Below are positions 28,924 to 39,600 of a DNA stretch of 64,000 nt, piece after piece (position 1 is the stretch's first letter; every line of letters starts with the position of its first letter). The notes under the pieces are model-generated. The model saw only the letters and a list, made by a program, of their open reading frames with translations. It did not search any database and was not told where the DNA came from. Source of the DNA: an uncultured Pseudomonadota bacterium. Its GTDB lineage: Bacteria; Oederibacteriota; Muellerivitia; Muellerivitales; Muellerivitaceae. The stretch lies in NCBI GenBank assembly GCA_963836235.1, contig CAWIIP010000001.1, forward strand, positions 49,191 through 113,190. The letters are read 5' to 3'. The translations under genes and the position numbers were made by a program.

Positions 28924-30432
28924 ATGTCCGAACTCAACGAATTCATTAAAGTCCGTATCGACAAGTTGAAGGCGCTGAAAGAAAAAGGGATTAATCCCTA
29001 TCCTTCCGCGGCTTTCGCCATTAGCCGTCACTCGGCGGAAATTTTAGAAAAATACAAGGACCTTCAGGCCGGGGAACACAAAGAATCGGAGAAAGTCTCC
29101 ATAGCGGGAAGATTGATGACTATTCGAGGAATGGGGAAAAGTTCTTTCGCCCATATTCTCGATAGCCTTGGAAAGATCCAGATATACGTTAAAAAAGACG
29201 GCGTGGGTGAAAAGGCCTACGAAATCTTCAATTTATTGGATTTGGGAGACATCATCGGCATCAAAGGATTTCCTTTTAAAACAAAAACCGGCGAAGTCAG
29301 TATCCATGTCGAGTCTTTTGAAATCCTCTGCAAGTCCCTGCATCAGTTGCCGGAGAAGTGGCATGGCCTCACCGATGTCGAGGCCCGTTACCGCCATCGT
29401 TACGTGGATTTGATCGTCAATGACGCGGTCCGAAAGACTTTTGAAACCCGTTCTAAAGTTGTTGGAGCTATGCGCAAACACCTGGATGGAACGGGGTTTC
29501 TAGAAGTAGAAACCCCCATGATGCATCCCATCCCCGGCGGGGCCGCGGCCAAGCCCTTTTTGACCCATCACAACGCGTTGGATATGGATTTATTCCTGCG
29601 AATCGCCCCGGAACTTTATTTGAAACGACTTTTGGTGGGTGGTTTCGAGAAAGTTTATGAGATCAACCGCAATTTCCGCAATGAAGGCATCAGTATTAAG
29701 CACAATCCCGAATTCACCATGCTGGAGGCTTACCAGGCCTATGGGAACAATGAGACGGTAATGGCCCTGACCGAACAACTTTTGGCTGAAGCGGCCAAAG
29801 CCGCCGGGCAAGGCGTCAAGATTACGGTGGGTGATACCGAGTTAGACTTCACGCCTCCTTTTAAACGGATTCCACTTTTTCGGGCTTTGGAAGAGTTTGC
29901 TGGAATCGAATATGACGAAATCTCGATGGACGACTTGAAGAAACGATTGAAAACGACGGCCGCCCAGGTAAAGCATGTGGATTCCTTGTCTAAGGCTGAA
30001 CTGGCTTACCTTCTTTTCGGAGAGTTGGTGGAACCCAACTTGATTCAACCGACTTTTATCACCGATTTCCCGGTCGAAGTTTCACCGCTGGCCAAAGCCA
30101 AAACCGACAATCCCGAATTGACGGAGCGATTCGAACTTTTCATTTTGGGGCGTGAAATCGCCAATGGATTTTCCGAGTTGAATGACCCGATTGACCAGCG
30201 CCGCCGTTTTGAAAAACAAGTGGAATTGCGCAAGGCCGGGGACGAAGAAGGGATGTTTCTTGACGAGGACTTCATCCTGGCCCTTTCTTACGGCATGCCG
30301 CCCGCGGGAGGTGTCGGCATCGGAATCGACCGTCTTTTGATGCTTCTGACCAACAGCCCCTCCATCCGTGATGTCATCCTATTTCCGTTACTGCGTCAAA
30401 AGGATGACACTGAAAAAATGATATTTGAATAA
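28924..30432 (+). CDS. lysS: Lysine--tRNA ligase (class II)
   Basis: 502 aa; OB-fold anticodon-binding N-domain and class II motifs (…FRNEGISIKHNPEFTMLEAYQAY…, …GGVGIGIDRLLMLL…); downstream of prfB as in the conserved prfB-lysS arrangement. Confidence 0.9.
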   Translation: MSELNEFIKVRIDKLKALKEKGINPYPSAAFAISRHSAEILEKYKDLQAGEHKESEKVSIAGRLMTIRGMGKSSFAHILDSLGKIQIYVKKDGVGEKAYEIFNLLDLGDIIGIKGFPFKTKTGEVSIHVESFEILCKSLHQLPEKWHGLTDVEARYRHRYVDLIVNDAVRKTFETRSKVVGAMRKHLDGTGFLEVETPMMHPIPGGAAAKPFLTHHNALDMDLFLRIAPELYLKRLLVGGFEKVYEINRNFRNEGISIKHNPEFTMLEAYQAYGNNETVMALTEQLLAEAAKAAGQGVKITVGDTELDFTPPFKRIPLFRALEEFAGIEYDEISMDDLKKRLKTTAAQVKHVDSLSKAELAYLLFGELVEPNLIQPTFITDFPVEVSPLAKAKTDNPELTERFELFILGREIANGFSELNDPIDQRRRFEKQVELRKAGDEEGMFLDEDFILALSYGMPPAGGVGIGIDRLLMLLTNSPSIRDVILFPLLRQKDDTEKMIFE

Positions 30433-30471
30433 ATCCCATTTACTACTTTTGAATTTTGCTGAAGAGGTTGG

Positions 30472-31725
30472 ATGAAATACCCATTTGAAATCTTCCTCGG
30501 GCTTCGCTATCTCCGTTCCAAGCGTAAGCGCTCGGCCATTTCCATTCTCACTTGGCTTTCGGTTTTGGGCGTGGCCATTGGCGTGATGGCTCTCAACGTC
30601 GTTTTATCCGTCATGAATGGTTTCGATGAGGATTTAAAATCAAAGATCGTCGGGCTTAATGCCCATATCATCGTATCCGGTTTCCAAAACAGGCCTCTTT
30701 CCGACTACGATCAAATCACTCAAATCATTAAAAAAATGGATCATGTGAAGGCGGTGGGGCCTTACATGGAAGGCCAAGCTCTCGCCCGTTCGCGGGAACG
30801 TTCCCTGGGGGTCATGGTATGGGGAATCGACCCGGACGCGCCCCAAGCTATCGCGGATTTGAATAAGTACTTATGGCAAGTGAAAGCCACGGCTCTTAAA
30901 AACCCTTTCGCCGATGGTTCGGGTAGGGGTGAAAGGATTTTCTTGGGGGCGGAATTGGCCCGCCGCCTTCAGGTTAGTGTGGGGGATGATTTAATTCTTT
31001 TCCTCCCAATCCTTCAACAAACCCCCCTGGGTATGATGCCCAAGAGCATGAAATTCCAGATTGTGGGGTTGTTTTCAACCGGGATGTACGACTATGACGA
31101 GGCCTATACCTATGTTTCAATCGAAAACGGGCAAAAGATGTATCAATTCACGAATAACGTGACGGGAGTGGCTATCAAGGTAGACAACGTGGATCAGGCG
31201 CCAGAGGTAGCCAAGGCCATCCGAGAAAGGTTCGAGGGCCGGTATTTCGTCCAGGACTGGCTCCAAATGAACCATAATCTTTTCGTGGCGCTTCAAACGG
31301 AGAAGTGGGTGATGGGCATCATTCTTTCCCTCATCGTCCTGGTGGCATCCCTTAATATCATCAACCCCCTAACCATGATGGTCATCGAGAAGACAAAGGA
31401 AATCGGCATCTTGAAGGCCATGGGCGCGACCGACCGGAGCGTAATGTCCATTTTTATTTTCGAGGGCATGTTCATTGGCGTCATCGGTATTATCGTTGGC
31501 TTGATAGGCGGTTTCGTACTTTGCGAGATTATCGCCAGGGTGCCGATCCCTATGCCGGGCGGGGGAATGGTTTATTACATCGACCGACTGCCGGTAAAGG
31601 TTGATCCCAAAGTTTGTTATTTCATTATCCCTGTGATGTCGGTCCTGCTTTGTTTTATTTCGACTCTTTATCCCGCGCGACAGGCGGCCAAGCTGGAGCC
31701 GGTCGACGCTATCCGCTACAGTTAA
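30472..31725 (+). CDS. Lipoprotein-releasing system permease (LolC/LolE family, FtsX-like)
   Basis: 417 aa; N-terminal TM, large periplasmic MacB-like domain, C-terminal FtsX 3-TM bundle; followed by lolD. Confidence 0.78.
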   Translation: MKYPFEIFLGLRYLRSKRKRSAISILTWLSVLGVAIGVMALNVVLSVMNGFDEDLKSKIVGLNAHIIVSGFQNRPLSDYDQITQIIKKMDHVKAVGPYMEGQALARSRERSLGVMVWGIDPDAPQAIADLNKYLWQVKATALKNPFADGSGRGERIFLGAELARRLQVSVGDDLILFLPILQQTPLGMMPKSMKFQIVGLFSTGMYDYDEAYTYVSIENGQKMYQFTNNVTGVAIKVDNVDQAPEVAKAIRERFEGRYFVQDWLQMNHNLFVALQTEKWVMGIILSLIVLVASLNIINPLTMMVIEKTKEIGILKAMGATDRSVMSIFIFEGMFIGVIGIIVGLIGGFVLCEIIARVPIPMPGGGMVYYIDRLPVKVDPKVCYFIIPVMSVLLCFISTLYPARQAAKLEPVDAIRYS

Positions 31726-31732
31726 GGGACTT

Positions 31733-32413
31733 ATGGAAATCCTCAAAGTCGACAACGCGACCAAGACTTACCATATGGAGGGCGAAGAAGTACGTGCCCT
31801 TCGGGACGTCAGCTTTTCATTGGATGCGGGCGATATTACGGTCATTCTTGGTCCTTCAGGTTCCGGAAAGAGCACCCTTTTGACCCTCATGGGGGGCTTG
31901 GGCAGTCCGTCCGAGGGTAAGGTGTATTGTAAGGGAAAGTCCCTTTACGACATGAACGGCGAGGAATTGGCTTTTTGGCGCAACAAACTTTTCGGATTCA
32001 TATTCCAGTTCCACCACTTGATGCCGGAGCTTACCGCGTTGGAAAATGTCATTTTGCCGGGCCAAATAGCCCGCAAAGAATATGAAGACTGCCGGGTGAG
32101 GGCGGAGAAACTTTTGGCCCATGTTGGATTAAGGGATCGGATGACCCACAAACCAGGGGAATTGTCCGGCGGAGAACAACAGAGAGTGGCCGTATGCCGG
32201 GCTTTAATGAATGAGCCGGAAATTATCCTTGCCGACGAACCAACAGGCAATCTGGACGTCAAAACGGCGGAGGGAATCCATGATGTGCTTTGGGAGCTAT
32301 GTCAAAAAGAGGGGCGGACGTTGATTGTGGTGACGCATTATGAGCCCCTTGCCAAACGGGCGGATCAAATATTAACCCTCAACGCGGGGCAAGTTGTTAA
32401 GAAGAGAACTTAA
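31733..32413 (+). CDS. lolD: Lipoprotein-releasing system ATP-binding protein (ABC ATPase)
   Basis: Walker A GPSGSGKSTLL, ABC signature LSGGEQQRVAVCRAL, Walker B ILADEPTGNLD. Confidence 0.82.
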   Translation: MEILKVDNATKTYHMEGEEVRALRDVSFSLDAGDITVILGPSGSGKSTLLTLMGGLGSPSEGKVYCKGKSLYDMNGEELAFWRNKLFGFIFQFHHLMPELTALENVILPGQIARKEYEDCRVRAEKLLAHVGLRDRMTHKPGELSGGEQQRVAVCRALMNEPEIILADEPTGNLDVKTAEGIHDVLWELCQKEGRTLIVVTHYEPLAKRADQILTLNAGQVVKKRT

Positions 32414-32434
32414 AACTAATTTTTTGGAGTTTTT

Positions 32435-33001
32435 ATGCTTTGTCAAAGATGTCAACAACGCCAAGCCACTGTTTTTTTCTCGCAGACCATCGGTAACCAA
32501 ACGACCCAGGCTCATTTGTGCGAAGTTTGTGCCCGGGAGCAAACCCAGGGATATGGCGGCATGAGTCCTTTTGCTTTTAATCCCTTTTCCGCCCTCTCGG
32601 ATTTTCTCAATAATTTCATGAATTGGAACGAGGGCGCTATCGCCGAAGTGAATTCGGGGCGGACCGGTTCGGTGGCGGTCGATCCCCAACTCCAATGTCC
32701 CTATTGTGGTTACCAACTTTCAACTTTCCGGCAAAATGGCCGCTTGGGATGCACCAAGTGTTATGAATCCTTTAAGAGCGCCCTGCAGCCTTTGATTTCC
32801 AGCATTCACGGAAATGTCCAACATGTTGATGAGGGTGTGGACTTGAAAAAACCCGAAAATCAAGCAGCGGCATCGGGGGAAAATATTTCAAGCCCTGAAA
32901 TCAAGGCTTTGAGGGAGAAACTAAAACAACTCATTGCGAGCGAAAAGTTCGAGGATGCGGCCCGTTTGCGGGATCAAATCAAAAACTTGGAGAATGACTA
33001 A
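32435..33001 (+). CDS. mcsA: Protein-arginine kinase activator McsA (zinc-finger + UVR domain)
   Basis: Four CxxC pairs (CQRC, CEVC, CPYC, CTKC) and C-terminal UVR-like motif (…EKFEDAARLRDQIKNLE…); immediately upstream of mcsB-clpC. Confidence 0.75.
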   Translation: MLCQRCQQRQATVFFSQTIGNQTTQAHLCEVCAREQTQGYGGMSPFAFNPFSALSDFLNNFMNWNEGAIAEVNSGRTGSVAVDPQLQCPYCGYQLSTFRQNGRLGCTKCYESFKSALQPLISSIHGNVQHVDEGVDLKKPENQAAASGENISSPEIKALREKLKQLIASEKFEDAARLRDQIKNLEND

Positions 33002-34063
33002 ATGGCTTTCGAGGACCTGTTGGCTTGCGAAGATGACTGGTTCCTGAAAACGGGGCCTTCCTGCGATGTGGTTGTTTCCAGCCGAGTGCGACTCGCCCGC
33101 AACTTAGAGGGAAGGAAGTTTCCTCATCACGCCAGCGCAATCGAGCAAAAACTGGTGGTGGATGAAGTACAAACCGCAGTTGGAACTCTATCACAAGCCA
33201 ACGGTCTCAAGTTCGTCCGCTTAAATGAAATTTCCTCCCTTGACCGCCAATTTTTGACGGAACACCAACTGATCTCCGCCGAACACGCGGCAAGCTTGGG
33301 GGAAAGGGCCGTTGCTTTTGATTCCAAGGAGGGCCTGAGTTTTCTCATCAATGAGGAAGATCATTTGAGACTTCAGGCATTCCGGACCGGGTTGAACCTG
33401 AAGGAAGCCTTTCAGTATTTGACGCAAATCGACCAGAACCTCGGCCAAAAGCTTCAATATGCCAAAGATACGCAATTGGGTTACCTAACCGCCTGTCCGA
33501 CCAATCTGGGGATGGCTCTACGAGCCAGCGTGATGCTCCATCTTCCGGCTCTGGTTTATACCAACCGGGCGGCCCAGGTTTTTCAGGGGGTCACCCAGGT
33601 TGGTTTGACAGTCCGGGGTCTTCAAGGAGAAACGACCCAGGTGGCCAGCGCCTTTTTCCAAATTTCCAACCAATCCTCACTTGGTAAAAGGGGGGTAGAG
33701 ATCGTCGACCATGTGGACCGGGTCGCCCACCAATTGGTGGAAGTGGAACTACAAACCCAAAAAGCTGTTTTCCAACAAGAAGGCCTAAAGCTTCAGGATC
33801 GCATTTGTCGGGCGCTGGGTACCCTTCGGAGCGCTAAAATTATTAGCCTTCAGGAAGCTTTGGACGGGCTTTCGGCTATCCGAGTTGGGGTGGAGCAAAA
33901 GATTTTAACCGGCATCGACTTGCCAAAACTCAACAGTCTTCTGATCTTGATACAACCGGCCCACTTAGCCAAAATTGCGGCACGGGAGTTAAACCCGGAG
34001 CAGGAGGCGATGGAAAGAGCGGGGATTTTAGGGATGTATTTGAAGACAGCTGAAGCAGCTTAA
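33002..34063 (+). CDS. mcsB: Protein arginine kinase McsB (ATP:guanido phosphotransferase family)
   Basis: 353 aa; phosphagen-kinase-like core with …VVSSRVRLARNLEGRKFP… and …CPTNLGMALRASV… (conserved Cys-Pro-Thr-Asn-Leu-Gly catalytic loop). Confidence 0.85.
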   Translation: MAFEDLLACEDDWFLKTGPSCDVVVSSRVRLARNLEGRKFPHHASAIEQKLVVDEVQTAVGTLSQANGLKFVRLNEISSLDRQFLTEHQLISAEHAASLGERAVAFDSKEGLSFLINEEDHLRLQAFRTGLNLKEAFQYLTQIDQNLGQKLQYAKDTQLGYLTACPTNLGMALRASVMLHLPALVYTNRAAQVFQGVTQVGLTVRGLQGETTQVASAFFQISNQSSLGKRGVEIVDHVDRVAHQLVEVELQTQKAVFQQEGLKLQDRICRALGTLRSAKIISLQEALDGLSAIRVGVEQKILTGIDLPKLNSLLILIQPAHLAKIAARELNPEQEAMERAGILGMYLKTAEAA

Positions 34064-34218
34064 CGACCGCTCATAGTTTGCGCTTACAAGTTGGTCAACA
34101 GGAACCGGAATTTAACCCTGATGGACTCAAATCCATCCGGCAATTATGACTCTAATCATTGATTTATGGGCCTAATTCAGTTGAAATAGGCCGCAAGCCA
34201 TCCTTTAAGGAGAAAGCC

Positions 34219-36669
34219 ATGTTCGAAAGATTCACCGAACGAGCTAAAAAAGTCATTAACCCATTGGCGAAGGAAGAAGCCCGCCGACTGAACCACAATT
34301 TTATAGGAACCGAACATCTTTTGTTGGGTCTCATTCGTGAAGGCGGCGGAGTCGCCGTTGCCGTTTTGGAATCCTTGGGTGTGGACTTGGAATCCGTTCG
34401 GATTGAAGTGGAAAATCTAACAACACCTTCCTCAGATACCTTAACCATCGGTGACCCTCAATTTACCCCCTCGGCCAAAAAGGTATTGGAATTGGCTGCC
34501 GAGGAATCCCAGAAATTGGGCCACAACTATATTGGTACCGAGCATTTGTTGCTAGGACTGATCCAGGAAGGAGAGGGCGTGGCTGCCCGCGCCTTGGAAA
34601 ACCTGGGTGTTACCTATGAGAAGTCCCGCGACATGGTCATTAACCTTTTAGGCGGAACCTTTCCGAAATTTTCAAAACAAGTCAAAAAATCCAAGACTCC
34701 GGCTCTCGACACTTTTGGCAGGGATTTGACCCAAATGGCTAAAGATGGAAAACTGGACCCGGTCATAGGTCGTGAGGATGAAATCGAACGGGTGATCCAA
34801 ATTCTTTCCCGCCGCACAAAGAATAACCCGGTGCTCATTGGGGAACCGGGTGTAGGGAAAACGGCCATTGCTGAAGGCTTGGCGCAACGGATTAAGGAAG
34901 GTAATGTTCCCGAATTGCTACTAGATAAACGCATTGTGACCTTGGATTTGGCGGCCCTCGTGGCCGGGACCAAATACCGTGGGGAATTCGAAGAACGGTT
35001 GAAGGCCGTCATTAACGAAATCCGCCAATCGGGGAAAGTCGTTCTTTTCGTGGATGAGCTTCATACATTAGTAGGAGCGGGCGCCGCCGAGGGAGCCATT
35101 GACGCCTCCAATATGTTGAAGCCTGCTTTGGCCCGTGGGGAATTGCAATGCATCGGAGCCACGACCCTCAATGAATATCGAAAATACATCGAGAAGGATG
35201 GCGCCTTGGAGCGCCGTTTTCAAATGATTATGGTCGATGAGCCCTCGGTAGACGAAACTATCCAAATTATTAAGGGTTTGAGGGACCGCTATGAAGCCCA
35301 TCACCGCGTGCGTATTACGGATGATGCCATTGTGGCCTCGGCCCAATTGTCCCATCGTTACATCTCCGGCAGATTTCTTCCGGATAAGGCTATTGATTTG
35401 ATCGATGAAGCGGGAAGCCGTACACGACTTCGCATAACGACCATGCCTCCTGAAATTCGAACTTTAGACAAAGAAGTGGAAAAGATTAAGCAAGAGAAGG
35501 AAGAAGCTATCAAGACCCAGGAGTTTGAAAGGGCGGCAGATTTGCGCGATAAAATGAAAAAAATGCGCCAAAAGCTGCAGGAAGAAAAAGAAAAATGGGA
35601 AAACATGAAATCCAAGGAAGAGGCGGTTGTTACTTGGGAAGACATTGCTTATGTCGCCTCCAAGTGGACGGGAATTCCCATGATCAAGCTGGGTGAAAAG
35701 GAAAGCGAGAAGCTTTTGCGCATGGAAGAAGAGCTCCATAAGCGCGTGGTGGGACAGGAAGAGGCTATCGTGGCCGTTTCCAAAGCCATTCGCCGCAGCA
35801 GGGCCGGGATCGGAAATCCCAAAAAACCGATTGGAAGTTTTATGTTTATGGGACCGACGGGTGTTGGAAAGACCGAATTGGCCCGGGCTTTGGCTCAGTT
35901 CCTTTTTGATGACGAGGATGCTTTGATTCGTTTTGACATGAGCGAATACATGGAAAAATTCAACGTGTCGCGTCTGGCGGGAGCTCCACCGGGATACGTG
36001 GGACACGACGAGGGCGGCCAATTGACCGAGAAGGTTCGGCGGAAACCCTATAGCGTGGTTCTTTTTGACGAGATTGAAAAGGCCCATCCGGAAATCTTTA
36101 ATGTCATGTTACAAATCTTAGAGGACGGGCGTTTGACCGACAGTTTGGGACGGGTGGTGGATTTCCGCAACACGGTTGTCATCATGACCAGCAACCTAGG
36201 CGCAAGGGAAATGGGGATTGAAAGGAATCTTGGTTTCAACCCCGATGGCGCTGAAATGTCCTTTGAAAGCATGAAAACAAAAATCCAATCCGAATTGAAG
36301 AAAGCCTTTAATCCGGAATTTCTGAACCGGGTGGATGACATCATTGTTTTCCATCCTCTGGAAAAGTCCCACATTGAAAAGATCGTGGACATACAACTTG
36401 AGGACGTTCAGAAACGTCTAAAAGACAAGAGCATCACACTGGCGCTCGAAGCCTCGGCCCGGGATTTTCTGATCGAAAAGGGTTACGACAAGGTCTATGG
36501 CGCTCGCCAGATGAAGCGATCGATTCAAAAATATGTGGAGGACGCTTTGGCCGAGGAACTATTGCGCGGAAACATTAAAGAAGGTGCCAGCGTTGTTTTG
36601 AAGTCGGCTGGCGACAAATTAGAGTTCGTTTCCGGCGAGGTTAGGCCTGCGTCTGCCGCTACCGTTTGA
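34219..36669 (+). CDS. clpC: ATP-dependent Clp protease ATP-binding subunit ClpC
   Basis: Start ATG 34219 (SD AAGGAGAAA); Clp-N repeats, two AAA+ modules ([16 protein letters not shown]), UVR-like linker; ORF track start 34159 is upstream of the RBS. Confidence 0.9.
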   Translation: MFERFTERAKKVINPLAKEEARRLNHNFIGTEHLLLGLIREGGGVAVAVLESLGVDLESVRIEVENLTTPSSDTLTIGDPQFTPSAKKVLELAAEESQKLGHNYIGTEHLLLGLIQEGEGVAARALENLGVTYEKSRDMVINLLGGTFPKFSKQVKKSKTPALDTFGRDLTQMAKDGKLDPVIGREDEIERVIQILSRRTKNNPVLIGEPGVGKTAIAEGLAQRIKEGNVPELLLDKRIVTLDLAALVAGTKYRGEFEERLKAVINEIRQSGKVVLFVDELHTLVGAGAAEGAIDASNMLKPALARGELQCIGATTLNEYRKYIEKDGALERRFQMIMVDEPSVDETIQIIKGLRDRYEAHHRVRITDDAIVASAQLSHRYISGRFLPDKAIDLIDEAGSRTRLRITTMPPEIRTLDKEVEKIKQEKEEAIKTQEFERAADLRDKMKKMRQKLQEEKEKWENMKSKEEAVVTWEDIAYVASKWTGIPMIKLGEKESEKLLRMEEELHKRVVGQEEAIVAVSKAIRRSRAGIGNPKKPIGSFMFMGPTGVGKTELARALAQFLFDDEDALIRFDMSEYMEKFNVSRLAGAPPGYVGHDEGGQLTEKVRRKPYSVVLFDEIEKAHPEIFNVMLQILEDGRLTDSLGRVVDFRNTVVIMTSNLGAREMGIERNLGFNPDGAEMSFESMKTKIQSELKKAFNPEFLNRVDDIIVFHPLEKSHIEKIVDIQLEDVQKRLKDKSITLALEASARDFLIEKGYDKVYGARQMKRSIQKYVEDALAEELLRGNIKEGASVVLKSAGDKLEFVSGEVRPASAATV

Positions 36670-36682
36670 AACGAGGTAGGGC

Positions 36683-39600
36683 ATGAAAGCGAAGCCTGAA
36701 GCCGATTCCGGCTTCGTAAAGGCGACGCCGGACAATAGGGATAAGCCGAGAAAATTTCAGCGACTTCGCTGGGTTCTCTTGATCATGGCGATTTTAACCG
36801 GGGCTTTTTTGTTCTTTCAATACCGGATCGTCGATACCCAACTCCGGCCGATCATTGAAAAGCAGTTGGCCCAGGCCGTTCATTCTCCTGTATCCATCGG
36901 TTCGGTCAGGGCCGGGCTTACCGGCAATGTGGTTTTGAACCATGTTTCCCTAATGGTTCCCGGATCCCCTTGGGAAAGTCGGTTGGTCGTCGAACAAATT
37001 TCGGTCAGTGTTGACCTGTTCAGTCTGTTATTCCACCGAAAACCCCTGGAAGATTGTTTTGAAAGCTTGTTTTTTCTCCATCCCGATATTGTTTTGGTGA
37101 AAAATATAACATCTCCGGTCCCGTTAGCCGGTCTTTCCGGATCAGCGACCGTCGTTGCTCCAGCGGTGACCGTCCCCATTCCAGTATTTCCTGTTCCCAA
37201 AATTTCAGTTCGGGAAGGCTCTTTTTCAATCCAGGCGGAGAAAACGCCCCGTGAGGTTCTACATGGCTTAAACTTTAGCGCAGCCACCGATAATGGCGCC
37301 ATCTGGGGACTTTCGCTCTTGGCCCATTCTCCTGAAGCTGGAAGCCAGGGAATCGTCCAATTTGATGGCAGCCTTCGATTGGAAGATTTGAGAGTGAGAG
37401 GGGTTACGAAATTACACCAGTGGCCCCTTGCCTCCACCAGTTCGACTTTAAAAGATACTACCGGGTGGGAATTATCTTCGGGGACAATCGATATGGAATC
37501 GCCGGTAGTCCTCCAACCAGGCCGGCCCATTTGGTTTGACGCCAAAGCGGACTTGTCTCAAGCAGTCCTTAAATCACCTAATCCCGTTGGGGTTACTTTC
37601 GCACAAATCACCGGCCGGGCCATGATTCGCCCTAATGAGGTGACAGTTCCGGGTGAAATCAAGTTCCAGGTTGGGGAAACCCCTTGGCGTGCCTCAGGTC
37701 TTATCCCTTTTGATGGCCGTCCTCTTTCCGTCCGTACTTCCACAGATGAATTATTTCTCTCAAGCGTTTTTGAGGATATTTTGAAGTTAAAAGACATGAA
37801 AGCGGGTGGAAAAGGTTCCGCCACGCTATCGGTTGCCGGGACTTTTTCAAATCCCATTATCGATGGAACGGCCCAATTGGGTCCTTCCAGCGTAGGGGAT
37901 TGGCAGTTGGATTCCTTAAGTCTGAAAGCGGGCTACGAAAACGGGCAGTTTCAATTGAAAGAAGCGGACGGACAACTCTACGAAGGAACTTTGACGGCCA
38001 ATGGATTCTTGGCCTTATCGGGACAACCCGACGCTCCCGTATCACTCAATGTAAACCTGGTAAATGTTGAGGCTGAAAAAGTCGCATCGACTTTAGGAAT
38101 ATCGGGAACCGAAGGTCGGATTGATCAGGAAGTCCACATTGGTGGATCGATGGAAAAACCGATTATTTCTTCTAGTGGCCAGATGGAGTTGGCTCGTACT
38201 TTGAGGAACACCCTCTTCCATTACTCCATTCGCAATAACGTTCAAATGAAAGATCAAAAACTCCAAATTTCGGCCACCATAAATGATAAATCCCGTTTGG
38301 AAGGTCTTTTTGATGAAAAAACAGACTATTGGGAGCTTCAAAAGTTTTCGATTATGGCTGGGAAAAAAATCGTAAAACTGGTTGGAACCGGCGTTTTGCC
38401 TAAATCAGATGATAAACCCATGCAAATTGAGGTTTCTGGAAAGGATATACCCATCGAGAATCTGCCTTTCTTTAACGACCAGTTTCAAGATATTACCGGA
38501 AAGGTAAATTTAGATTTCCAGGCCTCCGGCACTCGAAAGGAACCCCGAGAATTAGTTCATCTTGTCTCTGATGCGGTAACTATAAAAACCATCAGTGACG
38601 AGTCAACGTCCGCGGAGGTTGAGTCTTATTCTTTAGAGGCCTTGCTGTCCTGGGAACCTGATGAAGTAAAATTTCAAAAATTAACAATCGGAGATCCCTC
38701 CAATGAAATATTTTCAGCTGTTGGATATCTTGGACGAAAGCCGGAATCATCAAATGACCTAAAAGTCACAGCCAATGGGTTTCCTATCCAGCATATTGCT
38801 GAAATCACCCAATGGAATAATCCACCTCAACCTTTTGAGGGGTCGGTCACGGGGCATATGCATATTTCCGGTTCGGCCGACAACCCAATCGTGGAGGGAG
38901 ATGATATTGGGATTGAAGATTTGAAAGTTGGGGATTGGCATGCCGCAAAAGTGGCGGCTTCCTTGAACATGGAAGATGGAAAACTCCATTTCAAAAAGTT
39001 AAAACTAGATCAAGGATTGGGTTTCCTTGCCGCTAGCGGCTCATGGGATACGAAGGCTCAGCCCGGGATATTGACACTTCGGTTTTCGATGACCGAATTT
39101 CAGTTGGGGAGCGGACCTTATCTTTCCGGCGATTTTCTTTTGGATGCGAAAACCACCGGAGATCCCTTCTGGCAAAACTGGAATGGCAACTTTTCGACCA
39201 CCGCATTCGATTTGAGGGATTTAAAAAACAAAACCTATCATTTTAATAATTTTTCCATGGCGGCCGTTTTTGCCGACATGGTGTTAAAAGGAAGATTAAC
39301 GCTGGGTAAAGCCATTGATGGATCGGCAATTTTGGACCTATCCGGAACGGTTCCCACCGTCCAAGCGGATTTGAAAATACAACCATCCCTGCTTTCGGAA
39401 GTGCCCGAACTTATCCAGTTTTTACCCCCCTCCTTAAAAGTTGCGGGGTACATTTCGGGAGGCATAAAACTGAAACAAGGGACCTTAGAAGAACTTCCGA
39501 TAGAGGGGTCTGTGTCTGTTACAAATGGAAAAATTCAAAAGTATAGCTTTGACCGCATGGGGTTCAACTTTAATGGTGGAAAGACGAAGGTTTCTTCCAG

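Noticed and set aside
34064-34218. Possible CtsR operator upstream of clpC (GGTCAAC at about 34092)
   Set aside because: Only a single heptad-like element, not the tandem GGTCAAA-N3-GGTCAAA repeat, and no ctsR gene in the window.
35464-36087. 207-aa antisense ORF within clpC
   Set aside because: Antisense to an intact, conserved AAA+ gene; no independent support. The same reasoning applies to similar antisense ORFs at 2390-2890, 17757-18311, 22582-23193, 27824-28414 and 36880-37545.
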